From Lama glama (taxonomy: Eukaryota): 64,000 bases of DNA. Shown here in pieces: positions 49,755 through 63,034 of this stretch. The stretch lies in assembly GCA_028534125.1 (NCBI GenBank), contig CM052817.1, positions 78,804,001 through 78,868,000 on the forward strand, read 5' to 3'. Within the stretch, counting starts at the first letter, position 1. Each line of letters begins with the position of its first letter. The translations under genes and the position numbers were made by a program. The notes beneath the pieces were generated by a model. It was not told the origin of the DNA. It did not search any database and saw only the letters and a list, made by a program, of their open reading frames with translations.

Positions 49755-51873
49755 CCCCCAGCTTTACTGAGACATAATTAACACATACCATTGTGTAACT
49801 TTACATGTTTATTTGATACATTCATATGTTGCAAAGTGATTACCACCACAGTAGTAGCTGCCACTTCCATCCCATCATTTAGATACCATTTATTTTCTGT
49901 GGTGAAAACATTCAAGATTTAATCTCTTAGCAACATTCTGGTATATGACACAGTATTATTAACTATAATCACCATACTGTACATTGGCTTCCCAAATTTG
50001 TTAGTCTTATAAATGGAAGATTGTATCCCTTGACCAATATCTCCCCAATTCCACCACCTCCTATCCTCTGGTAACCACCACTCTACTCTGTTTCTGTGAG
50101 TTTGTCTTTTTTAGATTCTACATACAAGTGATGTCATACAGTACTTGTCATTTTCTAATTTACTTCATTAACATAATGCCCCCGAGGTCCATCCAAGTTG
50201 TTGCAAATGGAAAGATTTCCTTCTTATTCATGGCTGAATAATATTTGTGTGTGCGTGTGTGTCTGTGTGTGTGTGTATCACGTCTTTATCCATTCATCTT
50301 TTGAAGGACACTTAGGTTGTTTCCATGAGTTTGCTATTGTGATTAACACTGCAATGAACGTGAGAGTGCAGATATTACTACAAGATACTGATTTCAGTTT
50401 CTTTGGATATATACGCAAAAGTTGATTGCTGGATCATATGGTATCTCTATTTTTAATTTTTTTTAGGACATCCCTACTGTTTTCCATAGTGGTTGTACCA
50501 ATTTAGATTCCTACAAACAATGCATTAGGGTTCCCTTTTCTGTATCCCCTTGACTAATGTCAAGGAGGTTACTCCATTTTCTTCTAGGACTTTTACTGTT
50601 TCAGAACTTAAATTTAAGTCTTTAATTCATTTTGAGTTTACTTTTCTGAGTTGTTGTCAGTTTCAAGATAGGGGTCAATTTCATTCTTCATGTGGCTGTC
50701 CAGTTTTCCCAACACCATTTATTAAAGAGACATTTCTCCGTTGAGTATCCCTGGCTCCCTTGTCCAATATTAGTTGACTGAGTATGTGGGGGGTTATTTA
50801 TGGGCTCTCAGTTCTGTTCCTTTCATCTATGTGTTTATTTTTATGCCAGTATCATACTGTTTTGACTACAGTAGCTTTGTAGTTCAGTTTGAAATCAGGA
50901 AGTGTGAAGCCTTCAGCTGTGTTTTCATCTTAGGATTTCTTTGGCTACTGAGGCCTTTTATGGCTCCATACAAATTTTAGAATTGTTTTTTCTATTTCTG
51001 TGAAAAACGCCATTGGAATTGCATTGAATCTAGAGATGGCTTCAGGTAGTGCGGACATTTTAACAATATTAATTCCTCCAATCCGTGAACACAAGATAAC
51101 TTTCCATTTGTTTGTGTTTCCAATTTCTTCCATCAAAGTCTTGTAGTTTTTAATTCAAAGATCTTTCACCTTGGTTAGATTTATTCCTAAGTATTTTACT
51201 GTTTTTGATGTTATTGTGATTGAGATTATTTTCTTTCTTTTTCACTTATTTTATTGTTGGTTGAATATACTATTGTTAGTATGTTTAAGTGTTTTTCTAT
51301 ATATTGACTTTATATCTTGCAACTCCACTGAATTTTTAAATTAGACCTAGCAGTGTTTTGTGGAGTCTTTGGGATTTTCTATGTTTAAGATCGTATCATC
51401 TAAAAAAATTATTTTACTTCTTCCTTTACTGTTTGAAGCCTTTTATTTTTATTTTTTTCCCTGGTTAGGATTTCCAATACTTTGTTGAATAGGAGTGGTG
51501 AGAGTGGGCACCCTTTTATTGTTCCTGATATTAGAGCAGAAGATTTTAACATTTCACCATTGAGTATGATGGTAGGCTATGAGTTTGTCATATATAGCTT
51601 TTATTTTGTTGAGGTATACTCTTCCTACCCATTTTGAGTGATTATATCATGAAAGGATTTTTGTACTTTGTGAAATGCTTTTCTGTATCTGTTGAGATGA
51701 CCAAGTAATTTTTATCCTTCATTTTGTTAATGTGGTTTATAAAATTGCTTTTGTGGATGTTAAACCATCCTTGTATCCTATGAATAAAATCCACTTGATT
51801 ATAGTGAATGATTCTTTTAATGTGCTGTTAAATTTGGTTTGTTAAGATTTTATTGAGAATTTTTGCACCTATA

Positions 51874-52093
51874 CAGTTGACCCTTGAACCCATGTAGGCG
51901 TTAGGGGCACTAATCCCCTGTAAAGTTGAAAATCTCTGTATAACTTTATGGTTGGTCCTCTGTATCTGCAATTCCATATCTGTGGTTTCAACTAATCAAA
52001 GATTGTGTAGTTCTGTAGTACATATTTATTTTGAAAAAAGCCTACATGTATGGACCCACACAGTTCAAATCCATATTGTTCAAAGTTCAGCTG
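51874..52093. mobile_element. Tigger2-family MITE inserted in L1 ORF2
   Basis: TA|CAGTTGACCCTTGAAC ... GTTCAAAGTTCAGCTG|TA; removing it restores host GCACCTATATTCATCAGG. Confidence 0.9.
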
Positions 52094-53504
52094 TATTCAT
52101 CAGGTATATTGGTCTATAACTTTATTTTCATGTAATATTCTCCGTTCTGGCTTTGGTCCAGGTAATGCTGTCCTCATAAAATGAGTTTGGGAGTATTCCT
52201 TTCTCTTCAGTTTTTTGGAGGAGTAGATGAAGGATTGACATTAATTCTTTAAATGTTTGGTAGAATTCACCAGTGAAACAATCTGGTCCTGGGTTTTTCT
52301 GTTTGGGGAGGTTTTTTTAAATAACTGATTCAACCTCCTTACCTGATATTGGTCTATTCAGATTTTCTGTTTCTATGATTCAGTTTTGGTAAGTTGTATA
52401 TATCTAGAAGTTTATCCATTTTTTCTAGGTTATTCAGTTTATTGGTGTATAATTGTTAATAGTAGTCTGTCATGATTCTTTGTATTTCTGTGGTATTAGT
52501 TGAATTCTCTTTTTTATTTCTCATTTTATTTATTTGAGATCTCTGTTTTACTTAGTCAGTCTAGCTAACATTTGTCAATTTTGTTTACCTTCTAAAAAAA
52601 CAGCTTAGTTTCATTGATCTTTTCAGTTGTTCTTCTGGTCTCTATTTTATTTATTTCTGCTTTGATCTTTTTGATTTCCTTCCATCTACTAACTTTGGAC
52701 TTAGTTTGTTCTGTTTCTAGTTCTTTGAGGTATAAAGTGATGTTGTTTATTTGAGATCTTTCTTATTTCTTAAAGTAGGCATTTATTACTATAAACTTCC
52801 TTGCAGAACTGCTTTACAGCATCCCATAGCTTTTGATATGTGATTCTATTTCCCTTTATTTAAAAATATTTCTTGATTTCCCTTTTGATTTCTTCTTTGA
52901 CCCATTGGTTATTTAGTAGCATATTGTTTAATCTCCACATATTTATGAATTTTCTAGCTTTCCTCCTGTTATTGATGTCTAATTTCATACCACTGTTATC
53001 AGACAAGATATTTGGCATGATTTTAATCTTCTTAAATATGCCAAGACTTGTTTTGTCACCTATCACGTGACTTATCCAGCAAAATGTTCTGAGTGTGCTG
53101 AAGAATGTGTATTCTGCTGCTACTGGATTAAATGTTCTGTATGTATCTGTTAGGTATTTAGTCTAAAGTATAGTTCAGGTCCTACTTGCTGATTGTCTGG
53201 ATGATCCATCTGTTGTTGAAAGTGGGATACTGAAGTCCGTTACTATTATTGTCGTTTATTTCTCCTTCAGAGCTGTTAATATTTGCTTAATATATTAAGC
53301 ATTCTAATATTGGGGCATGTATACTTACGAGTGCCGTGTCTTGATGAATTGACAGCCTTATCATTATATAATGACTGTCTTTGTCTCTTGTTAATATTTT
53401 TGGCTTAAATTTTTTTGGCTTAAAATTTCTGCTGTTAGTATAGCTACCCCTGCTCACTTTTGGTTTCTACACACATGGAATATTCTTTTGCTATTCCTTC
53501 ACTT

Positions 53505-54907
53505 TTTATAATTATTGAAGTACAATTGATTTATATTAGTTTCATGTGTAGAATATAATGATTCAATATTTTTACAAATTGTGCTCCATTTGAAGTTATT
53601 ATTAAAATATTGGCTATATTCTCTGTGCCATAAAATATATTTTTGTAGCATATTTATTTTATACACAGTTTGTTCCTCTTAATTTCCTACCCCCATCTTG
53701 TCCCTCCCCCTTCCCCATCCCTGCTGCTAACCACTAGTTTATTCTCTATATTGTGAATCAATTTCTGCTTTGTTGTGCTTATTCATCTGTTTTATTTTTT
53801 AGATTCCACATATAAGGGATAGCATACAGTATTTGTCTTTCTCTGTCTGACTTATTTCACTAGCATAATACCCTCCAGGTCCATCTATGTTGTTGCAAAT
53901 GATAAAATTTCATTCTTTTTAAGGGTTGAGCTATATATATAAATTTTTTTTTATCCATTCATCTGTTGTTGGACACTTACCTTGCTTTCATATCTTGACT
54001 GTTGAAAATATAATGCTGCTATGAACATTGAGGTGCATGTATCTGTTCAAATTAGTGTTTTCATTTTCTTTGGGTATATACCCAGGAGTGGAATTGCTGG
54101 ATCTATGGTAGTTCCATTTTTAGGTTTTTTTGAAGTATTTCTATACTGTTTTCCATAGTAGCTGCACTAGTTTACATTCCCGCAAACAGTATGCTAGGGT
54201 TCCCTTTTCTCTGCATCCTCACCAACATTTGTTATTTTGGACTTTTTTGATGATAGGCATTCTCACATGTTTGAGGTGATATCTCTTTGTGGTTTTGATT
54301 TGCATTTCTTTGATGATTAGTAACATCGAGCATTTTTTCATGTGCCTGTTGGCCATCTATAGGTCTTTTTTAGAAAAACGTCTATCCAGGTCTTCTGCCC
54401 ATTTTTTTATTGGATAGTATGTTTTTTTGATATTGAGTTATCTGAGCAATAGTGATCCACAATTTTTAAAGGTTATACTCTATTTAGTTATAAAAACTAG
54501 CTATATTCCCTATGTTGTACAGTATAGTCTTATAGCTCATTTTATATATAATTTGTACCTCTTAATCCCCAACCCCTATTTTGCCCCTCCCCTTCCCTCT
54601 CCCAACTAGTTTGTTCTCTATATCTGTGAATCAGCTTCTTTTTTGTTATATTCACTAGTTTCTTGTATTTTTAAAGTTCCACATATAAGTGATATCGTAT
54701 AGTATGAGCTGTTTATATAATTTGGATATTAACCCCTTATGAGTCATATCATTTGCAAATATTTTCTCTTATTCAGTAGCTTTCCTTTGCTGTGCAAAAG
54801 CTTTTAAGTTTAATTAGGTTTCATTTGTTTATTTTTCTTTTATTTCCTTTGCATTAGGAGACAGATCAAAAATATTGCTACAATTTATATAAAACAGTAT
54901 TATGTCT
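53505..54907 (-). mobile_element. 5'-truncated younger L1 inside the nested L1
   Basis: ATTGAAGTACAATTGATTTA 3' end and ORF2 C-terminal sequence; host EN region resumes at 54908. Confidence 0.85.
54448..54701 (-). mobile_element. Tail-less L1 3' UTR fragment (fourth nesting level)
   Basis: Splits host GAGTTGTATGAGCTGTTT; flanked by ATCTGAGC / GTATGAGC. Confidence 0.75.
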
Positions 54908-57280
54908 ATGGTTGCCACATGCATGAAATATCTTTTGCCATCTCTTTACTCGAATCTGTCTGTGTCCTTAGAGCTGAGATAAGTCTCTTGTAGGCATTAT
55001 ATAGTTTGGTCTTGTTTTTTATCCATCTAGTCACTCTGTGCCTTTTCATTGTAGAATTCAATTCATTAACATATAAAGTAACTTCTGGTATGAAAAAACT
55101 AATTAGTGCCACTATTAATTGTCTTCTGGATATTTTATAGTTCCATTTTTTCTCCCTTTTTTACTGCCTTTCTTTTTAAACTGATGGTTTTCTGCAGTGA
55201 TTTGATTCCTTTCTCTTTATTTTTTGGTGTATCTATTTATTGTAAATTTTTGCTTTGTGGTTCTCAGATTTACATAAAATATCTTATAGGTATAATAGGC
55301 TTTTAAATTCATAACAACTTAACTTTTATCACATACAAAAAATTCTATTTTTTACCTCCTTGTATTTTTGATGTTACCATTTATACTTTTAAAATACTGT
55401 ATTCATTAGCAAATTTCTAAATTCCTTTCTCCCTCATTTCTCCTTTTGGGACTCCAGTAACGCATACATTATTTTGATTGAATCTGTGACTCCATAGCTT
55501 TCTTCATTTTTTAAATGATTATTTTCTTTTTTCTTTTCTAATTGTATAATTTCAGTCGATGTGTCTTTTAGCTCACTGATTCTCTTTGGTTTGTTCAAGT
55601 CTGCTGTTGAAACTCTCTATTGATTTCTTCAATTCAGTCATTGTATTATTCAGCCCCAAAATTTGTTTTTTTTTTTATGTTTTCTACATCTTTGTTGAGC
55701 TTCTCATTTTGTTCTTGTATTACTTTTCTTATATTGTTAAATTGCTTATCTGTGTTTTCTTCTAGCTCTCTGAGCATCTGTAGAGCAATTACTTTGAATC
55801 ATTTGTTGGGAAATTCCTGAATCTCCATTTCTTTGGGATCAGTTGCTGGGGGTTTATTGTCTTTCCTGGTGGAGACATGTTTCCCTGATTCTTTGTTATC
55901 CTGTACCCTAGCATAGGTATCTGCACATCTAAAGAAGCAATTACCTCTTTCAGACTTAATTAACTAATTTCAACAAGGGAAGCCTTTCACCAGTGGATAG
56001 GGGCACACTAGCTATGTGTGCTATGACCCTGAGTCTAGTGGTGCACAGCACCAAGTGTAGGGGATGGGATGGCACTTGGTCTGAGGGTGGTTTGATGTCT
56101 GTTCAGCTCAGGCCACTGAAGTCCACAGTATTGACATCTGTGTGATCCCTGGTGAGCACTGTGAGGGGACTGTGGTAGCTGCAAGGGCTGTTGGGAATCC
56201 TCAGCAACACCTCCAGGATTACTACCTAGGTACCAGGGCAGGCAGCAGAATGGCAGCTGTGGGGACCAGCTGCAAGTTCTTATGTAGTGGCAGAGATCAC
56301 TTATAGACACATTTGTAGTGATGGAAGACAGGGCAGGTAGCAAGGGCTGGAGCCAACTCTCCTATGTGCACTCATGCTGCAGTAGAGGCCAATTTGGGAC
56401 ATCAGACCAGTGGCATGGGGGTGCACAGTTTGAGGGTCTAGCCCCAAGTGTGGACATTCTGGTGGGGGTAAGGGAAGGAGGGGGTCTAGGCTGGTTTCTT
56501 GCACTCATGCTGCTGAAACAGGCTGAGCTGGCTGCCACATAGCTCCCAGGGTATGGTGGGGGAGTGGGAGGGACTTGGCTGTCTGACATTTTAAAATTGC
56601 ACAGTCATAGAGAGCTTGGATGGCCGTCTGTGTGGGCCGGGACTCTGGTGGGGGTGAGTAGGGAGAAGGGTTGGGTGGGGTGAAAGCAGAGAGGAACTTA
56701 GGTAAGGCTGGTGTTAGCAAATGTAAATACCTGTGGACAAGCTGGTAAGAACTTTGTAGCTGTCTGGTGACTTTTGCCATTTCAAAAGCTGCTAGTTTGT
56801 CTGCAGGGCAGTTCTCTGTGAACCATAGTCTCTCCTGCTATGTGTTTGCTAATAATAGCCTCTGCTTTTTCTTGTTCCTGACCAGCTCTCTTTGTTGATT
56901 TGGGTGGGATGAAACCAAAGCTGAACTTTTATGCAGTGCTGAGAGAGAAGCTAGTCACTCACCCTACTCTTCCTTTCCTGATGAGAGGAACTCTTTATAG
57001 TTGGAAGTTCCTTCTTGATGCTGAATAATGGCAGCTTAGGGGATAGGGTGATACAGGCAAAATGAAGTTGTGTTTCTTCTCTTCTTGTACGATTACTTTG
57101 GTTTTTTTGGAGTTTTTTGTTTCTTTGTTTTGTTTTGTTGTTCCATGGTGTTGCTAAAACTTCCTAAGTGAAATCTCTGAGAGCTGTTTTTGTTTCTGGA
57201 TAGCTGTCTAATTATTGATCTTTGTGGGGATAATGGGAAGTGGGATCTCCTACATTGCTATTTTTTACCAGAATGAATCG

Positions 57281-57700
57281 GTACTTTATTATTTTTGATG
57301 CTACTGTAAATGGGATTTTTTTCTTTATTTCTCATTCAGTTATTTTGTCGTTAGTGTATAGAAAAGCAACAGATTTTTTTTTGTATGTTGATTTTGTATC
57401 TTGCAACTTTACTGACTTCATTTATTATAAAAGTCTTTTGGTGAAGTCTTTAGAGTTTTTCTATATATAACATAATGTCACTTGCAAACAGATACAATTT
57501 TACTTACTCCTTTCTGATTTGGATGCTTTTCATTTCTTTTCTTGCTTAATTGCTTTGGCTAGGACTTCTGATACTATGTTTAATACAAGTGGTGAGAGTG
57601 GGCATTCCTGTCTTGTTCCTGATCTTACAGGAGAAGCTTTCAGCTTCTCACTGTTTAGTATGATGGTAGCAGTTGTCCTGTCTAAATGGCCTTTACTCAG
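57281..57700 (-). mobile_element. L1 host, right part (ORF2 RT region)
   Basis: Continues from 49754: GATGCTACTGTAAATGGGATT...GGTGAGAGTGGGCATTCCTGTCTTGTTCC. Confidence 0.88.
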
Positions 57701-57869
57701 TTACAAAGCCCTTTTAGTATCTACTTTTGTCCATGGGTGTATGCTAAATTGTTGTTGAGGAGCAACACATGCAAAGGACATATTATTTGGCCATTTGATT
57801 ACATAATTCCTTTTGATGAGGTAAAATTATTAATACCCTTTTAGGTAAGAAAGGGGGGAGCCTCTAAAG

Positions 57870-58162
57870 ATCTTGATGCTAGGACACTCCCAGATAAATT
57901 AAATCAGAATATCTAGGGATGACAATATTGTTTCTACAGCTGTCCGGAAGATCTGAATGTGTATCTATGGGTGAGAAAAATTACACCAGCTCCTGACTAC
58001 CAAAAGTGCAGTCTGAGGACCAGTGCCTTTGGCATTACTTGCGAGCTTGTTAGAAATGTTCAGTCTTGCCCTACCCCAGCCCCAGATGCACTGCATTAGT
58101 CTGTGTTTTAACATGATTCCCCAGTGATTCACCTGCCCATTCAACTTTGAGACGCACAGCTC
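57870..58162. mobile_element. Two adjacent MER5 (hAT-Charlie) relics
   Basis: CCCAGATAAATTAAATCAGAATATCTAGGG (57889+) and GAGCTTGTTAGAAATG...TTTTAACATGATTCCCCAGTGATTC (58043+). Confidence 0.75.
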
Positions 58163-58699
58163 TAGCAATATGTTTTCAACAGTACTTCTCAGCAATTTCT
58201 CTTAGCACAAGTAATCTCACCAAAAACCGAATCTTCTAGTTATCATTTTTTTCAGCATTTATCTGGCCAGCAACTCCCAAAAGTACTTGCTGTCCTACCT
58301 CTGGCACCTTCTCAGAGTGAAACAGCCTGGTTCCCTTTATTGCTCACCACTTCCTCTGGAGGGCACTGCCACACAGCTCTTTGGAGGACCTTGTTCAAAG
58401 ACCTGTTGGATCTAACAAAACACGTAATACTATGTTTCTAAGCAAAAAAAAGCAAAGATTTTGGTATTTAGTTGTTAAGGGTAGAGGTTTATCAGCATTC
58501 CTTGGCTCAGGGAGAACTCACATACTCCTTAGAAGGGCATCTAAGAGTTGCTAGGTGTAGCCCAACACTCCATCAGGCAGTCACTGAAGTCAGGTAACTA
58601 GGGAGAGGACCTGGCAAGACTTTACAATTTCTTTTCTCGGAGAAACTCTTAAGGAATAGAAATAAATAGATGAAAAATGTCCTAGAAATAGACCCAGAC

Positions 58700-59075
58700 A
58701 TCTTTGTATCAGTCTGCAAAGGCTCAAGTACAGTGCAGTAACAACCAACTCCAAGACCTCTATTTTCTGCATAGAGAGCTTACTTGCTATTAACAAGTTT
58801 TGGTAATGGGGCTCTTCTCACCATAGTTAGTCAGGTTGCCAGGCTGACCAAAACTCCATCTCAAAATGTGCTTCACGAATTCCTGAAACAGGAAAAAGGA
58901 AATTGCATTTTCTCACACTGAAATGAAATGTTTTTGTCTGGAAGTAATGTATGTTACTTTCATTCTCATTTCTCTGTCTTTGCCAGCTTACTGAACTAAT
59001 TTAGAAGAATGAGAGGGAATGAAACCTTACTGTCTTATGTCCCTTGAAGGAGAGGAGCATCAGATATGAATGGAC
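58700..59075 (-). mobile_element. Old MLT1 (J/K-like) LTR
   Basis: TGTATCAGTC...TGCAGTAACAACCAACTCCAA...CCAGGCTGAC...CTGGAAGTAATGTATGTTACTTTC. Confidence 0.55.
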
Positions 59076-59349
59076 ATATTTTTTAGTCTCCCATTTTCTG
59101 TTTCTTTTGAAACCTTTCTTACATCTGAAAAGAAATTTTGATTTTTATACTGACACCATAATAAGGCAAGAATAATAGTTTAATCCCACATCCCTTTGTC
59201 TTCCTTATTCCCTAAGTCTCATCATGTTACTTTTTATTCTTTTTCCTGGTCTTGGATATTTATTTCACAAATAAATTTTATCAGGTAAAATATATTATAT
59301 TCAAATATATAAAACAAATTATATACAAATATAATATGTTTTTTATTAT

Positions 59350-60860
59350 ATTCTCCCAGATCTGAATCATTTCTTATTTAAATAATTGATCAAAAACCAT
59401 TTTGAATGAAAGTGTTGATGTGGCTAAGCTGCCAATTTTTTATAGGCCTTAGAATATTTTTATTATGTTCTGACACTTGAATGACAGGCTAGATATACAA
59501 TTCTAAGTTCAAATTCCTTTTCCTTTAATTCTTTGAAAGGACATTGTCTTCTTGCTTCCAGTGTTGTTAGAAATCTGATGGAAATTTGACACTTGTTCCT
59601 TTGTATGTAATCTGTTTTTTCTCTATCAAGTTTTAGAATTTGTCTTTGATTTTCTTAAATTTTACTGTCATTTGTCTAAATGTGACTTTCCCTTTATCAT
59701 CTTCTTTGTCACTCTATGATCTCTTCAATCTGAGGATCTTCATCTTTTTTTTTTAATTCTAAGAACATGTTTCTCCATTAGTTTTTCGAATATTACCTCC
59801 TCTCAATTTTTATTTCTCCCTTTTTCTGAACTTCTCACTATCCAGATATTAGTACTCACTCATTAAAATGAAAATTCTTTATCTTTATCCTCTCTTTCAG
59901 GGATATTTTCTCTTAGCTGATCTTCCAATTTGTTAATTTGTTCCTCAGTCATATCCATTCTATCTAGCCCATCTATTGTGTCTTTTACTTCAAATATTAC
60001 ATTTTATGCATATCTGTGCTTAATTCTTTTCTGTTTTTTTGTTTTTGTTTTATATGAGTGATATATACCCTCATCTCTTCTAGTAGGTTTTTCAGTCTAA
60101 TTTTAAATTCTTGACCCATCTGTTTTAATATGTCTGCTTCTGATAGAATTTGAAATTTAGTATGTTATTTTTCTTTTGAAATAGTCGTGCATCTCAAAAC
60201 TCTTCTTATTTTTGCCTATAAGTTCATTTCCCCCTGGAGAATGGGCACCTTCATCAGGCAATGCATATTGGGAAGCCAAATGTCAGTCCTTTTCAGTGAG
60301 CTCAAAATGTGCTTGTTTGGGAATGGGGCAGACTAAATAAGCTCTACGGCGGAGAGCCGATTATGGTTCAATTCACAAAACAGTTCCTCAGTTCAAAACT
60401 TTAGCCTTTGCAGAGGAGACTAATTAGATCATATATTCTCAGCTTTGGAAGTTTGAAAAGAGGTAAATACACCAATTTGATTAGCCTACAGTTGTATTTC
60501 TTGGCTATTCTCAAGCTTAGAGTTTCCGTAATGTCCTGATTTTACTCCCAGGAGCTCTAGGACCAGAGTGTGATTTGCTGCAAGTATGGAGGAAGGTACT
60601 ACTGGTCCAACAGTAAAGCAGAGGGAAAGCAAGACCAGCACTTCAACAGTTCTGTTCTGTGCTTCTACCAGCCCTGCCTGACTGCTTTTCACACCACTTT
60701 CCACAGCCTCTCCGTGACTAGTTCAGACAACACACTGGTCACCTCAAGGGCTTCCCAGTTTTCTGTTTCCTAGCGTTTTCCTGCATAGGAAATTTCCATC
60801 AGTCCTAGGGATGGGAGTGAAACAGTAATCCTACTAATTCACCATCTTGGTTAGAATCTG
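59350..60860 (-). mobile_element. Ancient L1ME/HAL1-like ORF1 and 5' region
   Basis: TTGTCTTCTTGCTTCCAGTGTTG...GAAATCTGATG...TTCCTTTGTATGTAATCTG; terminal TTCACCATCTTG near 60840. Confidence 0.65.
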
Positions 60861-61059
60861 ACATTAAAATATATTTACATAACTGTTTTAGTTTTGACAT
60901 ATATTATCTTTCTATACAGAGTCCTAACTCCATATTTCTTCTTCTTAATAATAATCTGGGACAATACCAATGTAAAAATGAGTACTAAGACCATAGCAAT
61001 GTTTAGATTAAATAAGCACTTGAAATTATTAATACCAAATAACCACTATCTACATAATA

Positions 61060-62335
61060 ATTATATTTTTCCATCAACCAGATTTGAGTCTCAATAAAGA
61101 ATAAAATAAATATTAATGAGGTATATTTATATAAAAATAACTGAATAAGTAAAACAGAGGAGAAGGCACAGATATTCTTTACAGATTTCTATTAATACAT
61201 GTGGAATAAATGAAGGTGATGAAAAGTCACTATTAGAACACCACAGAAAATACTGCTGCAAGCAAGATCCACTGATGGATGCTAAAATTAGTGGGAGTAA
61301 ATTACGGAGATACTGTATACCTACATAATTTCAAAATATATATTGCAAAGGAAAAAGTGATAACTTCATATTAGAGAAAACTGATAGAAACCACCATAAC
61401 CAAGTGATGAACATTAACATCATTAGTAAATAATAAGACATGTTGACAACATGAACCTCCTCATATAACACAGAAGAGTATGTCACCTCTGGTATTTTTC
61501 CCAAGAATGCATAATATCAATTTAATCAGAAGAATATATCAAACAAATAAATCCAGATAGACATTCTACATAATAAAATTGTCTAGATCATAAAAGACAA
61601 GGAAAGATTTAACTGTCACAGATTGAAGGAAACTAAGAAGACACAACAACTAAATGTAATGTGGTATCCTGGATAAAACCTTGAATTTTTTTAAAAAGGG
61701 ATATTAGGGGAAAACTTATGAAGTCCAAATAAAGTTTACAACTCAACTACTAGTGTCATATCAGTTGTTTTATGGTTGCCCACAGAGGACACAAATAACC
61801 TCCTCTCATGCAAAATTGGTTCAGATGCTGAGATCTGTAAGGATGCCACTCACACTACAAGGGTATGAAAAATTTAATCACTCACAAAGTGAGGCTTTCT
61901 AGGCAAAGCAGGGGAAGGTACTCAAGTTGGCCTAAAACGGCTTGAGCAAAGTCAGGGACAAATGGCTTTGAGTTTTGTGGTGGTCAGGATAGGATTAGGG
62001 TGAGGATTCCCTCCCAGGGCCAGGGCTTGTGTGTGGTTCAAACTTCCTGTTGTCACCAAAGGAGGGAATACACAGACTTTCTAATCAGTTCACCCAGACA
62101 TGGAGCAAGAGGGAAAAGGGAACAGTGGACCTGGAAGTTTTCAGTGTCAGCATCAAAAATGGAGTCAGACATTTTATTTTTATACCAGTATTCATTTCTT
62201 AGTGACATAATTGAACTATTATTATATAAGATACTTACATTAAGAACAGCTTGGTAAAGAATAAACAGAAACTTTCTTTACTATTTTTGTAATTCTTCTG
62301 TAAAATTATCTCAAAATGGAAAAAAAAATTAAGCT
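61060..62335 (+). mobile_element. L1MC/MD-like 3' UTR split by an LTR
   Basis: CAAGATCCACTGATGGATGCTAAAATTAGTGG...AACCAAGTGATGAACATTAACATC...ACAACTAAATGTAATGTGGTATCCTGGAT. Confidence 0.75.
61780..62180 (-). mobile_element. ERVL-type solo LTR (MER54-like)
   Basis: AAAATTGGTTCAGATG...; ends CATCAAAAATGGAGTCAGAC, the reverse of the GTCTGACTCCATTTTTGATG LTR start. Confidence 0.65.
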
Positions 62336-62525
62336 AGTTTACTTAGAGGAACTTCTATTTCTTCCAATATAGACCAGGTAGTTTTTAAAACATCTTCCAC
62401 TATAAGTCCTGCACACTTAAGAATTTCTAAGTTGAATAAAGCAAACACCAAGAGAGAAATGGAAAGCCCCAGGAACAGAAAAAATTAAAAGTTACAAGCT
62501 ACTCCTCAGCATATACTAACCATCA

Positions 62526-63034
62526 TATATTAGTTTTCCAATGCTGCTATAATAAATTACTATAAACGTGGCAGCTTAAAACAATGTAATGTATTACCTT
62601 ACAGTTATATAGATCAGAGGTCTGACATGGTCTCACTGAGCTCAAATCAAAATGTTAGTAGGACTGTGACCCTTTCCGGAGACTCTAAGAAGGGAATCTG
62701 TTTTCTTGTTTTTTTCAGCCTCTAGAAGCCACTTACCTTCCTTGGCTCATAGGCCCCCTTCCTCCATCTTCAAAGCCAGCAACTCTTTGACCCTCTTTCC
62801 ATCATGGCATTTCTCTGACTCTCCACTCTCCTACCTGCCTCTTCTACTTTTAAGGAGGTTAAATTAAGCTCATCCAGATAATCCAAGATAATTTCCCTAT
62901 TTTAAGGTGAGCTGAATAGCCACTCTAATTCTACATGCAAATTTAATTTTAATTTGGCATGTGTTCTCACATAGTTACAGGTACCAAGGATTAGGATGTG
63001 AACATTTTGGGGGACCATTATTCTGTTTACCATG
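62526..63034 (-). mobile_element. MaLR solo LTR (MLT1D-like)
   Basis: TATTAGTTTTCCAATGCTGCTATAATAAATTAC...CCTCCATCTTCAAAGCCAGCAA...GGGGACCATTATTCTG. Confidence 0.88.

Larger units (their letters stand above)
49755..57280 (-). mobile_element. Nested LINE-1 (3' UTR to 5' UTR, with internal deletions and three further insertions)
   Basis: TSD GTATTTTATTGTTTTT (49739-49754) / GTACTTTATTATTTTT (57281-57296); ORF2 fragments 50945-51136 and 52860-53066; GC-rich 5' UTR about 55950-57280. Confidence 0.88.
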
